DNA of 64,000 nucleotides from an uncultured Parachlamydiaceae bacterium (GTDB lineage Bacteria; Chlamydiota; Chlamydiia; Chlamydiales; Parachlamydiaceae): NCBI GenBank assembly GCA_963742415.1, contig CAVULX010000003.1, positions 352,001 to 416,000 of the forward strand, read 5' to 3'. Shown piece by piece: positions 57,624 to 64,000 of this stretch (position 1 is its first letter; each line of letters starts with the position of its first letter). The notes under the pieces were generated by a model. It saw only the letters and a program-made list of their open reading frames with translations, ran no database searches and was not told where the DNA came from. The position numbers and the translations under genes were made by a program.

Positions 57624-58979
57624 TTAACTAGCGCTAATCAAAGTAATTTCTTTCCATTTCCCGCTTTTATAACGGGTATAATAGATTACACAACAAATTG
57701 CGCTATAAGTGACAAATAAAATACATGAAACTTCCACTGAGGCTTTTCCTAAAACAACTATTAAGTAAATTGGCAAAACCAGAAAAATCCAAACAGAAAG
57801 GGAACCCGCCCAACAAAGAAATATCGTGTCCCCTGCGGCTGTAAGCAGGCCTGAAAACAGTAAACGGATCCCTTCAAAAAACAGATAAAATGTCATACAA
57901 AACAATCCAATCGACAGAGCCTCGTGATAAATCAAATATTTCTCTTCGGCAAGATCAGGCAAAAATTGGTGCAATAAATTATCGGAAAAAAAGAAAAACA
58001 AAATTAAAGCAATAAATAAGAATAAAAAATGCATTTTTATTCCAGACTTTAACACACCGGAAATTAAAGAGATTTTTTTTCCCCCTATGAGATTGCCGGC
58101 TACTGTCGTCGCTGCCTTGCTTACCCCTTCAGCAAAAAAGTAAAGCAGGATAATCACGGCCTGACAAATTCCAGCGATGGTAATGTATTTTTCCCCCATC
58201 ATTGCCATAAGCGCATAATAAACCGCAAACCCTAGAACTTCAATGCAAACAAATAGGGCGTTGGGAAAACCCACTTTAAGACATTTTAAAAAAGAATGAA
58301 GCTTGAAAGCCCAATTTCCTGTGCCAAACTCCGCACGGTTAGACTTAGAAAGGAAAATAAACAATAAGATAAACGCCTGAAACAAAGAGCTTCCACTAGT
58401 CGCAATGGCAGCGCCTCGAGCTCCTAAAGAAGGGATCCATCCCTCTATTCCAAAAATTAAAGCATAATCAAGAAATGCATTAATCCCATTGGTTAAAAAG
58501 GCAAGAACTGTAATCAGAAACATTTTCCCCCGACCTACAAAGAACCCGCAAAGGGCTCCATATAAAGGAACACTAGGTCCAAATAGCATCATCCAGAAGA
58601 AATATTCCTGAGCGATCGATTTCTTCTCCCAGAAGACAACTCCTCCATAAAAAGCGAAAGGAATAAAAAAAAGAGAAGATAACAGGGAAAGCCAGACCAT
58701 TTGCCAAACCGGCTCCCCGATTTTCTCTTTTGAACCAGCCCCATTATATTGGGCCACAAACACTTCGGCAATGCTCGCCAAGACCATCCAAGACGCTACA
58801 AATGCCCACCCATAAGTGGAGGCTGTCACGGCAGCATTCAGCGCTTCAGTGGAATAATGCGCGAGCATTAAACGGTCGACAAAAAACATCGCCATGATAG
58901 AAAGGGAAGAAAGCATTAAAGGGAATGCAAGACTGACGAGTTCTAAAAAACTACCAGATTTATAACGAGTTAAAGTCAT
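57624..58979 (-). CDS. MATE family efflux transporter
   Basis: LAFPL...FFVDRLM, VAQYNGA, NAFLDYALIFG...LGARGAAIAT; about 12 TMs. Confidence 0.92.
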   Translation of the reverse strand: MTLTRYKSGSFLELVSLAFPLMLSSLSIMAMFFVDRLMLAHYSTEALNAAVTASTYGWAFVASWMVLASIAEVFVAQYNGAGSKEKIGEPVWQMVWLSLLSSLFFIPFAFYGGVVFWEKKSIAQEYFFWMMLFGPSVPLYGALCGFFVGRGKMFLITVLAFLTNGINAFLDYALIFGIEGWIPSLGARGAAIATSGSSLFQAFILLFIFLSKSNRAEFGTGNWAFKLHSFLKCLKVGFPNALFVCIEVLGFAVYYALMAMMGEKYITIAGICQAVIILLYFFAEGVSKAATTVAGNLIGGKKISLISGVLKSGIKMHFLFLFIALILFFFFSDNLLHQFLPDLAEEKYLIYHEALSIGLFCMTFYLFFEGIRLLFSGLLTAAGDTIFLCWAGSLSVWIFLVLPIYLIVVLGKASVEVSCILFVTYSAICCVIYYTRYKSGKWKEITLISAS

Positions 58980-59054
58980 AAAAAAATAAAAATGGGGAAA
59001 ATGCTAGTTTTTATAGAATATCATTTTTCATGATATTTTAGTAAATCGTTTTAC

Positions 59055-59083
59055 TTGCGACTTTTTTTGCTGCCTGATAGCAT
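59055..59083 (+). promoter_or_regulatory. Putative sigma66 promoter of the sctJ operon
   Basis: TTGCGA-N17-TAGCAT. Confidence 0.5.
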
Positions 59084-59125
59084 GCAACTTAATAACCTGT
59101 TACTTTAGATTTGTGGGATGTTGTC

Positions 59126-60115
59126 ATGATGCAAATAACTACAGTGAAGAATTTTTATCGCCCCTTTCCAACATTGACAAAACTTTTGTTATTTTTATGC
59201 TGCATTGGAATCTTTACTAGTTGCGGAAGCCAAAAAGTCATTGTCAGTGGATTAAGCCAAAAAGAAGCGAATGAAATTATTGTATTTCTTGCCGGCAAAG
59301 GGATCGATGCCAACAAGGCTGAAACCACAGCAGCAGCGGGAGCTGGCGGGGCTAAAGTGCAGCTCTATGACATCTCAGTTGATCCCGTAAGAGCGATTGA
59401 AGCCATGGCGCTCCTCAACCAGGCCGGATTGCCAAGAACCCGCGGACAAAACTTATTGGAAATTTTCGGCAACGTCGGCTTAGTCCCCTCCGATTTGGAG
59501 CAAAAAATCCGGTATGAAGCCGGGTTAGCAGAGCAGATTGCAAGCACAATCAGAAAAATTGATGGGGTTCTCGATGCCGAGGTGCAAATTTCTTTTCCTC
59601 AAGAAGATCCTCTTAACCCAGGTAAATACATAGGCAAAATTACAGGCTCTGTCTTCGTAAAACATTCCGGAATTTTGGATGACCCAAATAGCCATTTGAT
59701 CACCAAGATTAAAAGGTTAGTGGCTTCCAGCGTCACGGGATTAGATTATGATAATGTAACCGTCATCCCTGTCCGAGCACGCTATAATGAAATTCAACCA
59801 GGAACGACAGGTGTCTTAACCGAAGAAGAAAAACAATATGTCGACGTCTGGTCTATTATTCTCGCTAAAGATTCTGTGATGAGGTTTCAAATTATCTTTT
59901 TCTCCTTTGTCGTGATCATTTTTATTTTGCTATCCTTTTTTGTCTGGATAGGCTGGAAAATTCATCCCCTCTTGAATCAATATGGAGGGTTCAGGGCCTT
60001 ATTTCATTTGCATCCTCTTAAACTAAAAGAAACTCCTGAACAAAAAGAAGCTGAAACGAAAGAAGAAACCACTGCCGAAAAAGAAGAAACAGACAAAGAT
60101 GTGGACATCACCTAA
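59126..60115 (+). CDS. sctJ: T3SS inner-membrane ring lipoprotein
   Basis: Lipobox FTSC, GL..KEANEI, GLPR, GLVPS..E.KIRY, IDGV.DA.V, C-terminal TM. Confidence 0.93.
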   Translation: MMQITTVKNFYRPFPTLTKLLLFLCCIGIFTSCGSQKVIVSGLSQKEANEIIVFLAGKGIDANKAETTAAAGAGGAKVQLYDISVDPVRAIEAMALLNQAGLPRTRGQNLLEIFGNVGLVPSDLEQKIRYEAGLAEQIASTIRKIDGVLDAEVQISFPQEDPLNPGKYIGKITGSVFVKHSGILDDPNSHLITKIKRLVASSVTGLDYDNVTVIPVRARYNEIQPGTTGVLTEEEKQYVDVWSIILAKDSVMRFQIIFFSFVVIIFILLSFFVWIGWKIHPLLNQYGGFRALFHLHPLKLKETPEQKEAETKEETTAEKEETDKDVDIT

Positions 60116-60127
60116 TGGGGTTGAGCT

Positions 60128-60988
60128 ATGCAGCCAAAAAGTGCTGTTTTCATGAAGGTCTTAATTAATCGCTTTCATAAAGGATCTCTGCAATCACTTT
60201 TAGGGTGTTTTCCAACGGAGGAAGCCAAAGAAATAGCCAATGTCGATGTCCCTTCGAATGACCCCTCCATTGGATTAAAAACGGCATCAGAAAAAATTTC
60301 TTCTATCGACTATACTTGGTTTCTCCCTTCACTACAAAAGCTTTCTAAAAATGCGCAACAAACCGTTGCTGCTGCCTTTCCTGAACCCCACTCCTCCAAG
60401 CTCCTTCAAGCTCTAAATCTCCCCTCTTCTGCTGAAACTCCCAGCCCAATTGTAAAAAATTTTTTATTGTTAAAATGTTACAAAAACCTGCCCGGAGCCT
60501 CAGAGGTGTTACCCAAGCAATATTTACCTCAAACCCCCTTGAGCTTGATCTCCAGTATGAATAAGCGGGAGCTTGTGGAGGTGATCGATTTTCTTGGTCT
60601 TCACGATCTTGCAGATGAACTCAAACATGTGGTCGATCAGAAAACATTAAAAAATGTCTACGCCTGCTTAAATGCCAAAGAACAACAATATCTGAAATAT
60701 TGCATCCGTCAGAAAGAAAAGGTGGTTTTACCCAGTTTAGGGATCGAACGTTGGAGCGGCAATGTCGATAAGCTAAAAAGCGTCCTCCAAAGCAGAGGGA
60801 TTATTAGGCTAGGCAAAGCTCTTTCTGGAGAGAATCCCGATTTCATTTGGCATGTTGCGCATAACTTAGATTCAAACAGAGGGCAAACTTTACTCAAGTA
60901 TTATTCTGAAAAGCCTTTGACCAATATCACACCTGCACTCGCCCAACAAACACTTAACGTGATTAATATATTAAAAAAGAAAGAGTGA
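60128..60988 (+). CDS. T3SS sorting-platform protein (SctK-like)
   Basis: Lies between sctJ and sctL; IDYTW, FLGLHDLA.EL and G..RLGKAL patterns. Confidence 0.75.
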   Translation: MQPKSAVFMKVLINRFHKGSLQSLLGCFPTEEAKEIANVDVPSNDPSIGLKTASEKISSIDYTWFLPSLQKLSKNAQQTVAAAFPEPHSSKLLQALNLPSSAETPSPIVKNFLLLKCYKNLPGASEVLPKQYLPQTPLSLISSMNKRELVEVIDFLGLHDLADELKHVVDQKTLKNVYACLNAKEQQYLKYCIRQKEKVVLPSLGIERWSGNVDKLKSVLQSRGIIRLGKALSGENPDFIWHVAHNLDSNRGQTLLKYYSEKPLTNITPALAQQTLNVINILKKKE

Positions 60989-60992
60989 AACC

Positions 60993-61643
60993 GTGAGCAA
61001 AAAGTTTTTTTCATTTATCCACGAAGGCAGTGTCCACATTTCCCCCAAAAAGAAAGTCGTTCCCAAAGAGGAATTTTCAAGGCTTGTTGACTCGTATGAA
61101 GTTCTAGAGCAAGTTAAAAAAGATGCCGAACAATATCGCATTGATGTGGCTGTCGAATGTGAACAACTCAAAGAACAGGCTCAAAAAGAAGGATTTGAAG
61201 AGGGGTATAAGAAGTGGCTTGAATACACCGCCCAGCTCGAAAATGAAATTGTTAAAGTCCGTCAAGACTTAGAAAAATTCCTCGTTCCGGTGGCTTTAAA
61301 AGCTGCTAAAAAAATTGTTGGCAGGGAATTAGAAGTTTCAGAAGATGCTATTGTTGACATCGTCTCCAACTCTTTAAAAGCCGTTTCACAACATAAAAAA
61401 ATTACCATCTATGTCAACAAAAAAGATCTTGAAGTCTTGGATAAATACCGCCCCCGCTTGAAGCAAATTTTCGAAAGTTTGGAAGTTTTATCTCTTAGAG
61501 AACGTGCTGACATAGCCCCCGGAGGTTCAGTCATAGAAACAGAAGGGGGCATTATTAATGCTCAGCTGGATAACCAGTGGAGAGCTTTAGAAAACGCTTT
61601 GGAAATTATCGTAAAGAAAAAGCAACCATCAGGTGAGCATTAA
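60993..61643 (+). CDS. sctL: T3SS stator protein
   Basis: AQKEGFEEG, ALKAAKKIVG, PGG.VIETEGGII.A. Confidence 0.9.
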   Translation: MSKKFFSFIHEGSVHISPKKKVVPKEEFSRLVDSYEVLEQVKKDAEQYRIDVAVECEQLKEQAQKEGFEEGYKKWLEYTAQLENEIVKVRQDLEKFLVPVALKAAKKIVGRELEVSEDAIVDIVSNSLKAVSQHKKITIYVNKKDLEVLDKYRPRLKQIFESLEVLSLRERADIAPGGSVIETEGGIINAQLDNQWRALENALEIIVKKKQPSGEH

Positions 61644-61645
61644 TT

Positions 61646-62572
61646 ATGAGGATTTTCCCTTTTTACTTTAGAGGAGGTTCAACCCAGAATGGAATGAAGA
61701 TTGCCTCCCTTTTTACAATCAAGTCATTTTTTGTATGCTGTATTATTTTGGCCATGTTAGGGATGGTGCCTGAATCGCTTTATTCCCAAGCAGCTCCGGC
61801 CAGGCCAGCCCCTGCAGCAACCCCAGCGCCGGCAAAAGGAGCTCCGCAGCAAGCTAATCAAGCCGCCCAAAATGCTTTAAATGCTCCTTTTGACAATTTT
61901 AAAAGGCCTTCTGTCATTACTCAAGCTGTAGCTTTGACCATCATGTCCTTGCTGCCTTTTATTATCATGATCTTAACCTCTTTTCTGAAAATTGTGATCG
62001 TCCTTTCCCTTTTACGCAGCGCATTGGGGGTTCAACAAGCACCTCCTAACCAGATCATCAACGGGGTCGCATTTATGCTCAGCCTCTTTATTATGTATCC
62101 GACTGTTTTGAAAATGTACGATGCTGCAGAAAAAGTCATCGTCGAAACACGAGCCCCAGACTCGATCCTGTCCCCTCAATCTTCTCAATACATAATCGAA
62201 GTCGCCGACCAAGCTAAAGAGCCTTTACGGGAGTTCCTGAAAAAAAATTCAGCGACAAAGCACCAAGCCCTATTTTATCGGATCGCTTACCGAATTTTAC
62301 CCGAAAACTACCGCCCCACTTTAAAGCCTGATGATTTTATGATCCTTGTTCCTGCATTCATTACAAGCCAACTCAAAGAAGCTTTTGAGATCGGCGTGTT
62401 GATCTACATCCCCTTTTTCGTCATCGATCTTGTGACATCCAATGTTTTGCTTGCTATGGGGATGATGATGCTTTCTCCTGTGACGATTTCAATGCCCTTA
62501 AAACTGTTCTTGCTCGTGATGCTTGATGGATGGACGCTCTTGGTTGACGGTCTTGTTTCAACATTTAGATAA
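61646..62572 (+). CDS. sctR: T3SS export apparatus protein
   Basis: TSFLKIVIVLSLLRSALGVQQAPPNQ, AFEIG..IYIPF.VIDL, MGMMMLSP.TIS.P.KL. The N-terminal extension is typical of chlamydial SctR. Confidence 0.95.
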   Translation: MRIFPFYFRGGSTQNGMKIASLFTIKSFFVCCIILAMLGMVPESLYSQAAPARPAPAATPAPAKGAPQQANQAAQNALNAPFDNFKRPSVITQAVALTIMSLLPFIIMILTSFLKIVIVLSLLRSALGVQQAPPNQIINGVAFMLSLFIMYPTVLKMYDAAEKVIVETRAPDSILSPQSSQYIIEVADQAKEPLREFLKKNSATKHQALFYRIAYRILPENYRPTLKPDDFMILVPAFITSQLKEAFEIGVLIYIPFFVIDLVTSNVLLAMGMMMLSPVTISMPLKLFLLVMLDGWTLLVDGLVSTFR

Positions 62573-62593
62573 ATCTAAAGGAGTAAAGGAAAT

Positions 62594-62869
62594 ATGTTCC
62601 AAACACAAGTCATCCAATTGGCTTATCAAGGTCTCCTTTTGATTCTCATCTTGTCTGCACCCCCGATCCTCATCAGTATGTTTTTTGGTATCCTTGTGGC
62701 GATCTTTCAAGCCGCGACACAAATTCAGGAGCAAACCCTCTCATTTACGATTAAACTAGTTGCTGTCACCTTGACGCTGATGTTTATGGGGGGATGGCTG
62801 GGGGCTCAAATCATGCAATTTGCGACCAATATTTTCACACACTTTCCCCAATGGAGCTTCAGCTCCTAG
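62594..62869 (+). CDS. sctS: T3SS export apparatus protein
   Basis: FQAATQIQEQTLSF.IKL. Confidence 0.95.
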   Translation: MFQTQVIQLAYQGLLLILILSAPPILISMFFGILVAIFQAATQIQEQTLSFTIKLVAVTLTLMFMGGWLGAQIMQFATNIFTHFPQWSFSS

Positions 62870-62883
62870 GAAGGTTGAGGGCT

Positions 62884-63723
62884 ATGGGACAAGATTACGT
62901 CACCATTTTTATGAATTCTGTCTTTGCCACAGGGGAAGTGACAGGATTATTGACCTTATTTTTTCTATTTTTAGCCCGGATGCTCCCGATTATCGCCTTG
63001 TCCCCCTTTTTTGGAGCACGCGTCTTGCCCCATCCAGTGAAGGTGTGTTTTGCCATTTCCCTTTTTGTCATCATGCTGCCCCAGCTATTGCTAGTGACGA
63101 CCACGCATCTTGAATTCAACTTTATGGCTCTTCTTTATCTTGTCAAAGAACTTTTTGTGGGATTTGCCTTAGGGTACCTTATCAGCATGCCGTTTATCAT
63201 CGTGCAAAATGCCGGCATCATCATCGACCACCAACGGGGGGGGGCTAGCTTAATGGTCAATGACCCGACCATTCAAAACCAATCCTCCCCACTAGGAACC
63301 CTCTTTAACTTTGTTTTGATCTATATATTTTTTACTATCGATGGTCCCTTTCTCTTTATCGATGCGATCGTTTCTTCTTATGAATTGATCCCTCCAGACC
63401 AATTTTTTAATACCCATTTCTTTTTCAAGGGTTCCGAATTTTGGCAAATGCAGATGCAGATGTTAAACAAAGTGATGATCATTTCTATTCGGCTAGCAAC
63501 ACCCGCCCTCCTCGCCATTTTAATGACAGATACGTTTTTAGGAATTGCTAACCGTTTGGCCCCGCAAGTGCAAATTACCTTTTTAGGGATGCCATTAAAA
63601 TCCCTTCTGGCACTGACAGTAATTTGCTTTGGATGGAGGCTATTTTCTGAAGAGCTTGTCAGGCTATCTTACGAATGGATTAACCTCTGTAAATACATGA
63701 TCACGATGTTCAAGCCGCCTTAA
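62884..63723 (+). CDS. sctT: T3SS export apparatus protein
   Basis: R..P.....PFFG, KELFVG..LG, AG.IIDHQRG, NRLAPQVQI. Start placed at the ATG at 62884. Confidence 0.93.
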   Translation: MGQDYVTIFMNSVFATGEVTGLLTLFFLFLARMLPIIALSPFFGARVLPHPVKVCFAISLFVIMLPQLLLVTTTHLEFNFMALLYLVKELFVGFALGYLISMPFIIVQNAGIIIDHQRGGASLMVNDPTIQNQSSPLGTLFNFVLIYIFFTIDGPFLFIDAIVSSYELIPPDQFFNTHFFFKGSEFWQMQMQMLNKVMIISIRLATPALLAILMTDTFLGIANRLAPQVQITFLGMPLKSLLALTVICFGWRLFSEELVRLSYEWINLCKYMITMFKPP

Positions 63724-63727
63724 AAAG

Positions 63728-63766
63728 AAAGCCTTAAACATACATATGCTAGTATTTTAAGGCTTT
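63728..63766. terminator. Putative bidirectional terminator between convergent genes
   Basis: AAAGCCTTAAA...TTTAAGGCTTT arms. Confidence 0.55.
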
Positions 63767-63779
63767 AAGACGAGAGCTT

Positions 63780-63998
63780 TCAATTGGTTATTTTTGCTTT
63801 ATTGTTAGAGCTTATAAAAAGAATGACCCCAAAGAAACTTGCTAATAAGAGATAGGTGGCTGGTTCCGGCACTGGAATGCTATTGCCTGCGAATCCTGAT
63901 ACCGTAGCCCCTTCAATTACATTACAAGTGTTAGCACACGCAAAAGCATGAATGGCAGCAAGGTAGCCTTTTGAATTCGCTGTTAAAACATTGCTTGC
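63780..63998 (-). CDS. 3' end of a PEP-CTERM sorting-domain protein (partial; absent from the ORF track)
   Basis: Manual translation ...GFAGNSIPVPEPATYLLLASFFGVILFISSNNKAKITN*: VPEP followed by a TM helix and a basic tail. Confidence 0.8.
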   Translation of the reverse strand, partial: ASNVLTANSKGYLAAIHAFACANTCNVIEGATVSGFAGNSIPVPEPATYLLLASFFGVILFISSNNKAKITN

Positions 63999-64000
63999 AG

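Overview
AT-rich bacterial chromosome segment, most likely from an environmental member of the phylum Chlamydiota. This is inferred from the chlamydial-type sctJ-K-L-R-S-T type III secretion operon, the gpsA/UDP-sugar pyrophosphorylase/fliJ/fliI/fliH/fliF block, class I aldolase, and BTB/LRR and Sel1 proteins. Core-like content: wzc/wza, a Zn/Mn ABC transporter, putA, a CDP-sugar cluster, nnr, hemB, waaF, ruvC, a MATE pump and two tRNA-Ser genes. Accessory material lies downstream of both tRNAs: a truncated AAA-ATPase pseudogene, a broken Sec-signal Rhs toxin with an intact immunity gene, an intact Fic gene plus a Fic remnant, and palindromic elements. Most notable: (1) a reduced flagellar-type export module whose FliF is fused to a FliG middle-domain segment lacking the torque domain, about 7 kb from the injectisome operon; (2) an unannotated five-gene coiled-coil operon (31395-36337) with U-box-like segments, a C-terminal CaaX motif and a tail anchor; (3) a PEP-CTERM protein missed by the ORF track, together with an apparently kinase-dead Wzc. 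All family calls come from motif recognition by eye; no database searches were run.
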